Made by a program: the position numbers and the translations under genes | Assembly: GCA_051530055.1 (NCBI GenBank) | Contig: CM121342.1 | Span: 1,274,797 to 1,338,796, forward strand | Length of the DNA: 64,000 nt | Source: Neoechinorhynchus agilis | Lineage: Eukaryota; Animalia; Acanthocephala | Reading direction: 5' to 3' | Part shown: positions 51,036-63,721 of the stretch, piece by piece | Layout: every line of letters begins with the position of its first letter | How positions within the stretch are numbered: position 1 is the first letter of the stretch | Notes under the pieces: model-generated | What the model saw: only the letters and a program-made list of their open reading frames with translations | Databases searched by the model: none | What the model was told of the DNA's origin: nothing

Positions 51036-51654
51036 GTTACTAACGATTTCAATTTGACTCTTAGCCTCTAATGAAGTTTGAAAATCAGCTGATAAAAAGT
51101 GGCGTTCGATACTCGATTAGCCTATCTTCGTTTGAATCAACGTCAACGCCAGCGTCATTTATATCTTCAGTTTGTTCAGACGATTTAGTTGATTGTTAAT
51201 TGGGGCTCAATTGTGAATTGATATCAAATGAAAAACTTCACTTTTCATTAATGGCTGTTTCCTGCTCTTCAGGAAATTTGAGCAATCCTTTCTCATTGAG
51301 TATTTTCTTATGTTTTTGTTTTACTGATATGTGATAATTATTTCAAAATCTTAGAGATTTGAAAACGAAAAGGCAAGCAATGAAAATAACGTGTATGAAA
51401 ATGAAAAAAATATTTTAAATAAATACAAGAAATTACACACAAACTTTCATACAATCTACGCAAAACGTAGACAATGATTTTTTTTGGTTCGTTTCCGAAA
51501 CGGAATCTACGAGAATTATTGATTTAATCGGTTACAGTTTACGCTATTCTTAATTGTGAATTGTTCCAAAATGGTCGAGCAAAATACTAGCAATGAATAG
51601 CCCTCGAGTATAAACTGGTTCCTCCGTAAATTAAGGATACAATTCAAGAAAATA

Positions 51655-52383
51655 TTGGTAGCAAACCACAGCAGACTACCAAAATACAAGAAGTTTCCAA
51701 CTGTAAATTTTGCGCCATCAACTTGGGAACGACTACTTCAAGACATAGATAAAGAAATGGCCAAAAGGAAGGTACCGAACAAAGAAGATCCACCGTGTAA
51801 AATGTTCGGAAATCATCTTCGGGGGCTTCCTAGAAAGCTTGGAATGGCATTGAACGAAGATTACAAAGTCGAAAACAAGAAATAGGTATCCGGTATCTTG
51901 CATAAAGTTCTTCAAATGAATGCGACAATGGCCGAATACTGCGAATCGAAACTAATACGGATTTTATACCGGATAAAACAAATTAAGGACAATGCAATTC
52001 TCGAAGATCTCATAAAACAATTGGCCTCTAAAATTAAATCAGTTTTTGACAATGCGAAAAAGGATTTAAAACAGAATTGGACCGATACTGAGACCAAGAA
52101 ACGCGCAAATGAAGAACATCAACCTGGGACCTCCACAAAGATACGCGGTGTTCAAGATCAAAGTTGGAATAAGTTAATAGATAAAAGCACCGTAACCTCC
52201 AAATCAACTATCGCAAAACCGTCAAAACTCATTATTCTCCGTCGACGGTTGATGATGAGCCTGGACTCAAGTTACAAAGTCATAAGTGGCGCTCGGGCAA
52301 AGAATGCTTTTGAAGATATTCTAAAAGGAAAAATTAGCTTTAACGAAATACGAAAGGCCGGACTGATAGATATCTTGAGTTAA
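51655..52383 (+). pseudogene. Two same-frame ORFs separated by a single TAG (51883-51885); unknown basic protein or TE ORF
   Basis: 51655..51885 and 51898..52383 are in the same frame. Reading through the TAG gives KK*VSGILHKVLQMN. Confidence 0.35.
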
Positions 52384-54395
52384 ATGTTTCCAAATAACGA
52401 ATCGAATTGTAATCAAAATAAAAGAGGAATCTCAACCCAAAAGATTTAAGAAAACATGCAATGTAACTGCAGGAGGACGCGGATAATGAAACAAATTCGA
52501 AGCATCGAAGAAAAAGACTTCACCAACAAGACAAAGAACCAACCAAAGAAAGGTGTCCGCTGATGTGAAATCAGATTGCAATTCAAGCATCGATAGCATG
52601 GATCCAGAAGTTTCTCGGGAGATCAATGACGTAAAATTTAAAATAATGATAATTTTTAATAAGGTAAGTTATTCGCAACAACGCTCGACAGAAAATTAGC
52701 ATTAGAGAGCGTTCGTCGAATATCCAACGTATTTCTTCACGACGATATTCGAGAGCTTGCAACCTAAAATATATTATCGTTATCAACAACAAGTATTGTA
52801 ACTAGCAAATATTTATACAAAGCGCGAATAATGCCTAGTGTCGTGAATTAATAAACAACACCCTCTGAAGTTAGAAAAGTACCTCCTAATTATAAAAAAG
52901 CGTTATCTGAAAAGTTACAATTTTTGCAAACGGAAAACGGATTCCAAAACTAAAAAAGAAATCAAAACTTTTGAGACGAAACTTTAAGACGCATTAAAAA
53001 AATTTCAGTCGAGTCCAACGTAAAATTTTAAAATTGTTTACTTTAAGTTCGGATTAATAATGATGTGAAATAAATAGAATTATTAAATCTTAAATTTATT
53101 GACGTTTCAATATCAATAACCAAGGTAGTTTGTCCGGCTTTTTTAAGCAAGCATACATGATTTATAGTTTCATCAACGCTCCCATTCATCGGCGCTGGCC
53201 AAAATGCTAGCCGCATTGTCCCGCTGCACCGCAATGCTTATTTTTTAGAAAAACGAAGGAAAACATTTAGATTTTACCGAAGTCACCGTACCTTTCTATC
53301 TAATTTAAAAAATTGCTGCAAATAACAATTAACAAAATCCAACCTTACAGAAGATATTACATTTTTTCATTGTTTTGAGTTTTCATTCTATCGTTGCATT
53401 TTCCATAAATTCGATTCTGGCACAGATAAACGTAATTTAAATAAGTGCGTTTTCATTTTTGCGCTTCTAATTTCATCAGCGCAAACAATGCAGACGAAGA
53501 TAATTGTAATGTATTTCTCTGACCTGTTTTAGCCTGCAAATTGAACACTTAACCTGTAGGTTCTCTGACCGTTTGGGCCCATTTCTCGCTTTTTTTGAAT
53601 TAAAACTAAAGACTACTTTTGACAATTTTTTGCGTGAAGTCTTCGTTCAAAATACCAACTATTCTATTGTCTCAATTTAACCGAATAAAAACAATTCGTC
53701 CATTTTAGTTCCTCTTTCGTCACGTAGGAGAACTGTGTTTTTGAACATTTGAACACGCTTTTTATCCCTTTCCCTCTTTATTATTGCATCAGTAACTTCC
53801 TTTAAATGAAAATTTTCCTTTGTTTATATCAATGATGTGTTCATTTGCGGTTTCTTATCCTATTGACGATCAATATTGTCGCGTAATCTCATGTAGATCT
53901 TATTTTTTCGTTATATTCCGGATGAAATGAAAGACGTGCAATTATTAAAAATCCACCCTCTATCGCTCTACGCGACTTTAGTGGTAGATGAGGATCTAAC
54001 TCTAAGAATTTCTTTATGAAATCGGTAAATCATCTTCATCTTCTCTGAGTAACAAAATCCACAGAAGTTTTGAACATGAGTGTATTCTTCAATCGATATT
54101 GAAAGCTTCGATAATTTACACAATTTTTTATCGGAGAAAGGATCATTGCTTGTGCCTTCAAACAGCAACTTTCTTGTATGCTCCCCTTGGATCGCGGTTA
54201 TTTTGCTAGGTTGCTCAAGTTCGCAAGATGCAACGTTAGTTACTAAACCGGAGCGAGTCAGATTCGTTTCACGGGTCGCCAATGGAGGCACGTGATCTCA
54301 GGCGCAAATTTATGTTCGTCTTTACGACTGTTAATTCTTAGTTTCAAAAAACTTTTTATTTGAACTGAGCAAGTACTTTATTCTTATAACTTTCA

Positions 54396-54543
54396 GCCGC
54401 ATTCGGAGGGACAGGGCCAATCCTCTTATGGGGCCAGTGGACGATCTCAAAACCTGACCCTACCCTTACCGCAGCCTCGCAACCGCCGTGGAACCCAGCG
54501 ACCAGTGGACTTGAACCACGCGCACCACTAAGCCACTGGGCCT
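54396..54543 (-). mobile_element. tRNA-derived SINE-like fragment with a deleted head
   Basis: A GC-rich island in AT-rich DNA. The minus strand has A-box TGGCTTAGTGG and B-box GTTCAAGTC only 8 nt apart. Confidence 0.5.
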
Positions 54544-54989
54544 CATTCGCACTAAACCTGCCATTATTAATTTTTTACATTTAAAATAATTGTTTTAAAG
54601 TAAAAATGGATGGTTATTTCAGAGCGCGCAATTCTAAAACAGTAAAAAAGGATAATTTTGAGCATCGTAACTTGTTAATATTGTGGCTGTAATTTCGAAA
54701 CTACAAGGGCGATACTTCTGCAAATATTTATTAGGAAAAAAAGTCTAGAGTTAATATTCTGTAATAAATGCGATGAAATTATTGGAAGGTTCCCCGATAT
54801 TCACGACATTTAAGTAGTTGAAGTTTTTAACACCAAGACGGATTTTATTTTTGGTTGTTTTCATCTTTCTGTATTACGAGATGACTTTTTGACATTTGTT
54901 TTACGGTTTCACCAACGTCGTTTTTAGGTTAGACTTGAAAATCTTTACCAACTACTCTAGACTCTTACGGACTTTATATCACTTAGAAG

Positions 54990-55213
54990 ATGGATCTTAC
55001 CTGGTTATATATTGTATTACCGATTGTGCTCTTCGTAGTATTGATGGGTCTGCTGGCCATCATTCTAATGTATATATTTCTCTGTTCTAAAATACGAGCT
55101 AATTTTAATTTAGGCGATATCAAGGCAGTTTATACCGCCGTGGAATGCTTCCCGTGCCGTATTTTTTCGGAGGCATGTTTGGAGGCAACCAAAGGAACTT
55201 TACAGGGCCGTGA
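54990..55213 (+). CDS. 59-aa membrane microprotein, copy 2 (intron 55070-55113)
   Basis: Same exon structure as copy 1. The TM segment is diverged but still hydrophobic (MDLTWLYIVLPIVLFVVLMGLLAIILM). Confidence 0.6.
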
Positions 55214-55613
55214 TTAATGGTTATGTTCAAGCTTTTGATAAAGATCGATTTTTTTCCATGCGAAATGAAACTAGTGGTTTTTGAATTTTCGAATTATATA
55301 TCAATAGCATTAAGTGATGCACTAACTTAGATTTCTATTTGTTATTTGTTACAATTGGTCATATTGAGAATTATCTAAATTGTAATAAGGACTGTAATTT
55401 AGTTGTAAACATATTTAAAGTAATTATCACTTTTTAAAGTTCAAATGTGAATACATTTTGTAATATCTAACTGATTTGTGAAAAGTTACGTTTTTTAATT
55501 TAGTTTTTATACTCGAGCAGTTTTTTGTCTTACCTTGTGATATTGATGACCGTAATTGTGTATTCAAATTGATTTAAAAGTCAAATTGTCATTTTACATT
55601 TTCGAAAGGTCAA

Positions 55614-56440
55614 CAGCGAGTAGGTACCCGTCAATGGTTGCAAACAATCAGTTTGGGACTCACCCCCTGGTAGCGAGAATCCATAACTCTCTAATTTAAG
55701 ATTCTCGTGACCTGGTGAACCGAGCTTGATTGGGGGCAGTCTCTACAAGAGAATCGGGTGCTTGGCTCAACGCTATCCCGAGCGCTTCTGTGAGTATTCT
55801 TCTCTCCGACGAGTCCGTAAAGAATGCAGATTAGGAGTACCGACATCCCATCGCAGCCGTTAAGGAGCGACCCTGGAACCATTAGGACGCCATGGTCTCG
55901 TTTGTCGGCAATCAGGCGGAATTGCTCACGGCACGTTGAAGTAAACTCATTTCTTAATCGTGCCCTGAATACTGTGAATGCGCCCAACATCCTTAAAATT
56001 TGCCGACTTGATGGCCGTAGACCGGACGGTGTCAGTATTCCCGTGGCGCGAAGGAAAATGTTTTCTTTGGGACGCCAGGTTCGTGGACACGATCGCAGCA
56101 AGCAACATAAAATTCGCCACCATTAAACCCGCGGCGAGCAGCAACTGCCGCTGCGAAACTTAAAAAGATTAAATACAGGGATCTGAATCGAAATCATTAT
56201 TTCGCCCCCTTTGGCGTCGAGACACTCGGGTCGTTTGGTACGGCGGTGCAGGACCTGGTCAAGCAATTGTCTAAGAGATTGAGACGAATCACTGGCGATC
56301 AGAGGGTAGGAGCATTCCTCCTACAAAACATTAGTCTGGCTGTGCAACGAGGGAACGCTGCATCCGTCCTTTCAACCGTTACAAAAGGACGGCAACTGAG
56401 TGGTCCAGAGCGGTAGTGTGAATGATTTCATGACATTTAT
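55614..56440 (+). mobile_element. CRE-clade non-LTR retrotransposon 3' fragment
   Basis: RESGAWLNAIPS, CSRHVEVNSFLNRAL, DGRRPDGVS(V)FPWREGKCFLWDA and QRGNAASV; frameshifted. Confidence 0.88.
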
Positions 56441-56843
56441 AATAAGAACGAAATTACCACAATTAGCATATATTTTTATTGATGATTTAAGGATGGAAAA
56501 CTTGGGAAAGACGACCATCGTCGATTAGTTACCTCCTTCACATACAAAAAGTACTTGCAGGTATGCGATTCTCGTCTTTGAACAAAGAGATAAAGCAATT
56601 CCATGGAATTTAAAATTCAAAGCACTTTGCACAAAATATAACCGCTTCTGGTATAAAAAGCTCACATGGTATTACAACTTTGTCCCACTCAGCACACTGG
56701 AGTTCAATGTAACAGCCGATTGATTTGAAGTTCCCATTGTTAAGGTAATGAACACTCAAGGGTTTTGAAAATAAATACTTTTCCACACACAATCCTGAAG
56801 TTTGACTAATTAAGTTTATTAAAAGCTTGAACATAACCATTAA

Positions 56844-57067
56844 TCACGGCCCTGTAAAGTTCCTTTGGTTGCCTCCAAACATGCCTCCGAAAAAATACGG
56901 CACGGGAAGCATTCCACGGCGGTATAAACTGCCTTGATATCGCCTAAATTAAAATTAGCTCGTATTTTAGAACAGAGAAATATATACATTAGAATGATGG
57001 CCAGCAGACCAAGGAGTATAGTCATGCCACAAATCCCTAATGAAATATATAACCAGAGAAGATCCAT
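56844..57067 (-). CDS. 59-aa membrane microprotein, copy 3 (intron 56944-56987)
   Basis: Inverted near-identical partner of copy 4. Confidence 0.6.
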
Positions 57068-58029
57068 CTTCTAAGTGATATAAAGTCCGTAAGTCTAGAG
57101 TAGTTGATAAAGATTTTCAAGTCTTACCTAGAAACGACGGTGGTGAAACCGTAAAATAAATGTCAAAAAGTCATCTCGTAATACAGAAAGATGAAAACAA
57201 CCAAAAATAAAATCCGTCTTGGTGTTAAAAACTTCAACTACTTAAATGTCGTGTATATCGAGGAACCTTCCAATAATTTGTTGCATTTACTACAGAATTG
57301 GACTTTAGACTATATTTTTAATCCTAAATACCTGCAGATGTGTCGCCCTTGTAGTTTCGAAATTACAGCCACAATATTAACAAATTACGATGTTCAAAAT
57401 TATCCCATTTTAATGTTTTAGAATTGCGTGCTCGATTCTGATCACCCACTTTTATTTTAAAATTATTATTTTTCAGATAAAAATTGCTTAGAAAGACTAT
57501 GAATATGCAATGAAAATAAATCATGACAATATGAATTAAACCGAATTGGAGCTTTGTCGAGACATTGAAGTATTAATTTCTACCTTGTAAACACTTCAGA
57601 TCGCATATAACCTGAGATTAAATCGATGGCTTTTATTTATGTCATCTTTAAGATAATAATCGTTTCAATTTTTTTACAGTTCATAATATTTATTGTGATT
57701 TATTGTAATGCTGACATGCTAATTTCTCGATTAAGGCAGTCTCACATTATCGCGATGACTAATGTTTCACAGATGAAAATACGATAAATAGACCGATTCA
57801 AAAATGAAATTATTTATTAATTGTAGTTTTTCTGCTTTTTAAATACAAAAACAATTAAAGTAGTCTTTCTTAAATAAATGCATAAATCAAATTTCTTGAG
57901 TATTTCAAGCTCCCATAAAAGTTCTCAGTCTTCAAAATAACCATTTTATGAGATTTAAAAGTTGTAAGAATATAGTGTTTGCTCAATTCAAATCAAAAGT
58001 TTTTAGAAACAAAAAATGACCACGTCGTG

Positions 58030-58617
58030 AAGACGAACATTAATTTGCGAATGAAATCACGTGCCTCCATCACCGACCCTTGAAACGAATCTCATTGGCT
58101 ACAAGCTAAAAAAAAGGGCAATACGAATAAAGTACATTCATGCAAAAAAGGGTTTATATCTTCTGGAGAAAAAGTGTTCAGATAAACGTATAGAAAAGTA
58201 TTCATTTTCTTGCTCCGTCAAATTTTGCTTAAAAAACCGATCGCATTTTTTCGTTATATGTATTCTCCATCGGACACATATTTAAATACGGAAATAATCC
58301 AAGAATGCGTCAACAAGTCTAAAAATATTATTTGTAAGGAAATTCGAGTTACAAGATATTCTCATCTTATCGTTCGAAAGCACATTATTCGTCCTTGCAT
58401 AGAAGGCGTACGTCCAACTGTCATAACGGTAAACCTCAGTTTTTTAAATCTTGATGAAAATTCCAATTTCTTTTAGCTTGAACTCATCGATGGTCGTTTC
58501 TGTGATATTTTAATGAATATCAGAGAATCCAGTGAAGGAATATTCACTGGGTATTTTATGCACGTTTTGGCATTGAACAGCGCCCGTCCACCTTCATTTG
58601 TAGAAAGACGCGACTAA
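58030..58617 (+). CDS. Unknown multi-exon gene, copy 2
   Basis: Mirror of 46966-47560, ending in VERRD-TAA at 58615-58617. Confidence 0.45.
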
Positions 58618-58888
58618 AAAGTTGCGTTTGAAATCAAACCAAAAAAATATTTGAACAAAAAAATTCATAACTTACAGTTTTCAACAAAAATTGTAATTGA
58701 ATCGTCCAAGAATGAGTGGATTTTTTAAACGAATGATTGGATTTGGAATTTTCAAGACTCAATCGAATCTAAGTGCGTAGCTTATATTTATAACCGCGTT
58801 GCTTTGATTTGAATATCTTCGACGAATATTGATTACTATATGAAAAATGCTATATGAGACTATTAAAAGCAATTGATCAACAACTTCG

Positions 58889-59750
58889 TTAATGCCACAT
58901 TCGTGCTTTTTGTTGATTTCCATCCAGTGAGTCTACATCGAACTCCTTTGAATGCGCGATCTTTAGATCGTATCGCTTTTGTTTCGATCCACTGCTTTCA
59001 TATAAATCCGATTTTCGGTAAATCATTTGGAAATTATGAACGGGAAGATTCATTTGAAGAATACTAAAATATTTTGCGCATTTTAGAAGAGGCGAAAATG
59101 AAATACTAATTCGCTTACCTGCAATTTTTGTCCATAAATCCTCCACCAAAGATTCTCTTTTTATATGTAGCGAGAATATAAATCGTCGTTTGAGACAAAA
59201 ACAGAGAGATTAAAGATGATGTCAAACTTGACAATGCCAAATGAAATGAACTCGTATGAATACCGTCCTCCACGTCTACGTAAAAGACGTACATGCCAAG
59301 GGCGAGTAGTTCCGAGAGCACTGAAAAATAAAGTGAATTAATAGCCAAAGATAAAGGATATACGAACATGAGACTTGTCCACACGTCGATGAAAATTGCA
59401 TTAAAGCAAACGCTGCTCGTCTCGTTGTGTAAATAAACGCAACGGCGAATAGAAATGCTGAGGTTGATAAGAAGGCGCTGCTCAGCATCAGTTTGCTTAT
59501 GATCCTCTCTGAGTAAAGCTATTTTGAAATTCAATAAGCCAAAAAACTTACCTTCTATTAGAACTAATGAACCGTTTAAGATTTCTTTAAACTTCTCTCC
59601 TGAAGGGAAATTTAAAGGACCGATGGACGCGTTCAAATTCGGAATTCGTGTCCATGGTTGTATTAAAATTGCAATCCAGGTAAGCAAAGAAGTCAGAAAA
59701 AAGAAGAACACTGAGGCAAAGCTTACGAGCGTAAGCATTTTTGAATTCAT
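58889..59750 (-). CDS. Claudin/PMP22-like multi-TM protein, copy 2
   Basis: The listed ORF translation differs from copy 1 by one residue (T to A in NLNTSIG). Confidence 0.5.
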
Positions 59751-61023
59751 TTAGTGTAAAGTCCTTAAAGGGAATAAGAAATCGTTTCTATGCCTTTATC
59801 CTATTCGATTATTATTTTATTCTTAACGACAAATAAAACAAGCAATAAATATTTGCACAAAAATTTATTTGAAAGAAATGCCCAAATTCTGTTATTTCTC
59901 TTTTTGTTTTTCTTTGTGAAGCATAATGAATTTTTAGAGGCAGGAACTTATATTTCTCATGAACCTAATAATGGAGTCTTCTTTTAGAACAAGAATCTGC
60001 AGGCCAAAAGATAAACATTGTTGTACTCTGGGTAAGGATTGCAGGGAAATAAAAACGATGCCGAATTTGACGGCTAAAAACGACAAGTCAACTTACCACA
60101 AATTGTACCATCAGTAACTCGCCAAAAGTCCAATCCTCACAATCATTCTTCAAAATTATGTTTTGTTGGCGGGAGGAACTTTAGTGATCTATAACGATCG
60201 ACTACGACTTTTGGAGATTGCACTAAAATGAATATCACGTTGTTGCTTTTATTTCACTAAAGGCTTAAACCTAGTCGAATTTTCCTATTTCTTGATAGCC
60301 CAGGAATGTCTCTACATCCCAACGACGATGTTAACAGAAAGCTTACCAGATAGCGCAAATCTTGATGCCATGACATTTTGCGCAATAGAAGGCACCATGA
60401 GAACCGTCTAAAAGTTTGAGGCAATTAGAACATTGAAGATGAAGACATCCGTTTCGCTATAACGGCAAAAATTATTTAATTCGAAGCCTTTCTAAGCATC
60501 AATTTTTTTATTTGGAGGATAATGGTTTTAAATTAAAAGAATTTATTTGTTCCAATATTTCGGCAGAATCTTATGCTTTTATCAAAGTTCTTCGTAAGTT
60601 TTGCTATAGACGAACTTACATATTTCAAAACTTACAAGCAACCTTGATGAAGAAATGAGATTGTGCCGAAATATTGGAACCAATAAAAAAAATTTAATTT
60701 TAACGCCAGATGCAAACATGAACAATTTAATTTTAAACAAGGACGATACTTCTGCAAATATTTATTGGGAAAAATAAAGTCTAGAGTTAATATTCTGTAG
60801 TAAATGCGATCAAATTATTGGAAGGTTCCTAGATATGCACAACATTTAAGTATTTGAGGTTTTTATGACTAAAATGGATTTTATTTTTTGTTGTTTTCAT
60901 CTTTCTGTATTACGAGATGACTTTTTGACATTTATTTTACGGTTTCACCACCGTCGTTTCTAGGTAAGACTTGAAAATCTTTATCAACTACTCTAGACTT
61001 ACGGACTTTATATCACTTAGAAG

Positions 61024-61247
61024 ATGGATCTTCTCTGGTTATATATTTCATTAGGGATTTGTGGCATGACTATACTCCTTGGTCTGCTGGCCATCATTCT
61101 AATGTATATATTTCTCTGTTCTAAAATACGAGCTAATTTTAATTTAGGCGATATCAAGGCAGTTTATACCGCCGTGGAATGCTTCCCGTGCCGTATTTTT
61201 TCGGAGGCATGTTTGGAGGCAACCAAAGCAACTTTACAGGACCGTGA
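61024..61247 (+). CDS. 59-aa membrane microprotein, copy 4 (intron 61104-61147; putative 33-nt 5'UTR intron 60964-60996)
   Basis: The spliced product is MDLLWLYISLGICGMTILLGLLAIILM-RYQGSLYRRGMLPVPYFFGGMFGGNQSNFTGP. Confidence 0.6.
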
Positions 61248-61649
61248 TTAATGGTTATGTTTAAGCTTTTAATAAACTTAATTAGTCAACCTTCAGGATT
61301 GTGTGTGGAAAAGTATTTATTTTCAAAACCCTTGAGTGTTCATTACCTTAACAATGGGAACTTCAAATCAATCGGCTGTTACATTGAACTCCAGTGTGCT
61401 GAGTGGGACAAAGTTGTAATACCATGTGAGCTTTTTATACCGGAAGCGGTTATATTTTGTGCAAAGTGCTTTGAATTTTAAATTCCATGGAATTGCTTTA
61501 TCTCTTTGTTCAAAGACGAGAATCGCATACCTGCAAGTACTTTTTGTATGTGAAGGAGGTAAATAATCGACGATGGTCGTCTTTCTCAAGTTTTCCATCC
61601 TTAAATCATCAATAAAAATATTTGCTAATTGTGGTAATTTCGTTCTTAT

Positions 61650-62857
61650 TATAAATGTCATGAAATCATTCACACTACCGCTCTGGACCACTCAGTTGCC
61701 GTCCTTTTGTAACGGTTGAAAGGACGGATGCAGCGTTCCCTCGTTGCACAGCCAGACTAATGTTTTGTAGGAGGAATGCTCCTGATCTCTGATCGCCAGT
61801 GATTCGTCTCAATCTCTTAGACAATTGCTTGACCAGGTCCCACACCGCGGTAACAAACGACCCGAGCGCCTCGAAGCCAAAGGGAACAAAATAATGATTT
61901 CGACTCAGGTCCCTGTATTTTGTCCTTTTGCGTTCCTCAGCGGCAGTTGCTGCCCCCTCCTGGTTTAATAGTGGCGAATTTTATGTTGCTGGCAGGGAAT
62001 GGCGTCCCAGAAAAGGCATTTGCCTCCCCTCGCCACGGGAATACTGTGACACCGTCCGGTCTACGGCCATCGAGTCGGCAAAGATTGCTCGGCTCTCAGA
62101 TGTTGGGCGCATTCACAGTATTCAGGGCACGATTAAGAAATGAGTTTACTTCAACGTGCCGTGAGCAATTCCGCCTGATTGCCGACATACGAGACCATGG
62201 CGTCCTAATGGTTCCAGGGTCGCTCCTTAACGGCTGCGATGGGATGTCGGTACTCCTAATCTGCATTCTTTACGGACTCGTCGGAGAGAAGAATACTCAC
62301 AGAAGCGCTCGGGATAGCGTTGAGCCAAGCACCCGATTCTCTTGTAGAGACTGCCCCCCAATCAAGCTCGGTTCACCAGGTCACGAGAATCTTAAATTAG
62401 AGAGTTATGGATTCTCGCTACCAGGGGGTGAGTCCCAAACTGATTGTTTGCAACCATTGACGGGTACCTACTCGCTGCCCTGGATCTCCACACCAAAGAT
62501 TAAGCGCCTACACGAAATCTTCATCCAAAGTGTAATTCTCGCCAAGAACGGGTTGAACTATTTTGCGGCTTGCTTTATGCGACCTAAAATTAGCTGGCAG
62601 AGAAATATCGGCTGCTTTTCGGATACCCAAAAAGGCGGACGACAATGGCAAGGACGCTTGACGCCACGCCTCGTCCGACACCGTCTGGTCTAACTTTGCC
62701 AGCTTATCCTTATGTCTAAAAAGGCGCTGTGCGCAGCTTATACAACAATTTTGGAATGAAGAGGATGTTCTTGATCAGGAACAGAGCGTCGTGTGAAGAT
62801 AATTCATTAATTCGTTCGCACAGCACCGAAAGTTGCGGTTGAAGATTGGCAATCGCA
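61650..62857 (-). mobile_element. CRE-clade non-LTR retrotransposon, longest 5'-truncated copy
   Basis: LSSHDALFLIKNILFIPKLLYKLRTAP, AWRQASLPLSSAFLGIRKAADISLPA, the SGAWLNAIPS region and the REL C-terminus occur in order on the minus strand. Confidence 0.9.
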
Positions 62858-62950
62858 GAATCCGGAAGGATGTACAAACTTATAACCGTACGGTCTTGGG
62901 GCATTGAGCGCAGACCAGCGCTTTCCAGACCGAAATCAATAGACTGTGTG
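62858..62950 (+). repeat. Dispersed unknown repeat, copy 4
   Basis: ACAAACTTATAACCGTACGGTCTTGGGGCATTG...CCAGACCGAAATC...GACTGTGTGTCC is shared with 26290-26380. Confidence 0.75.
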
Positions 62951-63721
62951 TCCCCATCTGGCCGTGTATGGAAAAAATGTATCAAAAGACTACCAGCTGA
63001 GCCATATATAAAAATTCTAAAAAATCGCTAATAGCTTTTAAGTCAGATTGTTCCTCGTGTTCCGATATCAGGACCAAGAACGAAATCCTTAAGAGAACGT
63101 ACTTTTTCATAGATCGTTTCCTTCGATTAAAAAATTACTTAAAGTTTTGGACTTTTATAAGGAAACAAGGATATGGTTGTCATATTTTATTTCATCAAAT
63201 GATTCATCAATGCTTTTTCCAAGGTGCACAACCAACCTGCGATTGTTGCAGTAACCAACACGGTGATCTTTAGGTCAAAGGTGCCTGAAAATATTCGAAC
63301 ATTAAACATCGAATATTCACACTCATCCACCACAATAGAAGGTTTTTAGGTTTCAGAAAATTTGTAATATTTTGCGAAGTCAAATCTTGGACCAGAAAGA
63401 TGTCAAGATAAACTTGATTGAATGGTGAAATTCCTATTTTAGAGCACTAATATTCAAGGTAGGACTTCTCCGGAAAGTCCACATCGTACGAAAAGTAATG
63501 TCGCCTAAAACTTAATAAACTGTTTAAAAAATTGAACAACCTTCGACCTTTAATAAAATAGATTAAAACGAAAAATTTAATAATAAATGATGTAACCTTG
63601 AAAATGAGACAATGATTACACGACATTTTTCTTATTTCGCATAAAGGAAAGTTTTCAAGAACAATTTTGTTTCCTTGAAAAATTCAGATTGCAATTTAAA
63701 TTTCTACAAAAAAAGCCGGCA

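Larger units (their letters stand above)
55614..57213 (+). repeat. Left arm of inverted duplication B (partner ~60876-62479)
   Basis: CAGCGAGTAGGTACC at 55614 mirrors GGTACCTACTCGCTG ending at 62479. Near-identity runs through the CRE fragment and microprotein gene to ~57213. Confidence 0.9.
57486..59922 (-). repeat. Right arm of inverted segmental duplication A
   Basis: Reverse complement of 45474-48087 with few substitutions and two indels. Confidence 0.92.

Noticed and set aside
56610-56840. TAATG stop-start coupling between the 75-aa ORF and a 76-aa ORF (also 61251-61481), suggesting viral-style reinitiation
   Set aside because: The spliced frame ends at a TGA four bases earlier, and the downstream ORF is not maintained in copies 1 and 2.
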